From positions 48,670,001-48,734,000 of the forward strand of contig OZ024748.1 of assembly GCA_964016885.1 (NCBI GenBank): 64,000 nucleotides of DNA, in the 5' to 3' direction. Each line of letters opens with the position of its first letter. Positions within the stretch are counted from its first letter, which is position 1. The DNA comes from Eledone cirrhosa (taxonomy: Eukaryota). The notes beneath the pieces were generated by a model that saw only the letters and a list, made by a program, of their open reading frames with translations, did no database searches and was not told the DNA's origin. Of the stretch, positions 62,505 to 64,000 are shown piece by piece. A program made the position numbers and the translations under genes.

Positions 62505-62546
62505 ATAAAGACTTTTGATGTATTGAAAGCTTCTTTGGTTTATTTT

Positions 62547-62717
<171 letters not shown>

Positions 62718-62720
62718 ATA

Positions 62721-63235
<515 letters not shown>

Positions 63236-63468
63236 CACCCTTGCAAGCAGGGAAAAGTGGACGTAAAATGATGATGATGTATGTCTATATGTATACATAT
63301 GATTGACAACCATGCTAGCCTGGAAGATAGGCGCTAAACGATGATGATGATGATGATATTGTAGGTGAATGTACCTTTTATGTGTTGTACTGCTGAGGTT
63401 GATCTGGTGCTTGTAAGATCAAATACTACCATTTCTCTAGTATTATTATTTACTTTGGTACGGAAAAG

Positions 63469-63660
63469 GGAGGTGAATTGGCAGTATCGGTAGAGCGTTG
63501 GACGCCGTGCTTTCCAGCATAGTTACGTCCCTTTACGATCTGAGTTCAAATCCCGCCGAGGTTGACTTTGCCTTTCATCCTTACGGGGTCGATAAAATAA
63601 AGTACCAGGAATGCACTAGGTAATTGCTGGCCTTGTGCCTAAAGTAGAAACAATTATTAT
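63469..63660 (+). mobile_element. SINE family B
   Basis: Close match to 38648-38826. Confidence 0.85.
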
Positions 63661-63681
63661 TTACTTTGGTACCACCATCAC

Positions 63682-63719
<38 letters not shown>

Positions 63720-64000
63720 CTACCAAAATCAATACCACCACCATTATAATAATAATTTTAACATTGGCATAGATTCCAACAATTTGGGGGGGGGGGGGGG
63801 GGGGGGAGAGAATCAACTAAATCAACCCCAGTATTTCACTGGTACTATATTTAATTGACTCTGGAAAGAAGAAAGGCAAAAGATTTGAACTCAGAACGTA
63901 AAGCATCTGAACAAATACTGCAAGGCATGTTATTTGATGTTCTAACGACTAATAATAATAGCTGTAATGATATTATTGTTGATGTAAGCCCTTGTAAAGC

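Overview
AT-rich, microsatellite-saturated eukaryotic DNA, most likely a cephalopod (Octopus-like; inferred from the tRNA-derived SINEs, RTE and R4/Dong LINE relics and kb-scale (TA)n/(TG)n tracts). Nearly all long ORFs in the track are microsatellite artefacts. The only credible host coding sequence is one large exon (34434-35920, ATG 34728) that ends in the first strands of an MBD5/MBD6-type methyl-CpG-binding domain; the rest of the domain is not visible in the window. The main unexplained signal is a dense set of short non-coding inserts sitting in or beside (TA)n tracts. They carry type I hammerhead ribozyme folds (nine well-formed, several decayed), including two unrelated families with the compensatory U3-A8 core, and many are folded back into inverted repeats or nested palindromes. 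This architecture matches pLTR remnants or non-autonomous derivatives of Penelope-like elements. All folds were read by eye and none has been computed or tested.
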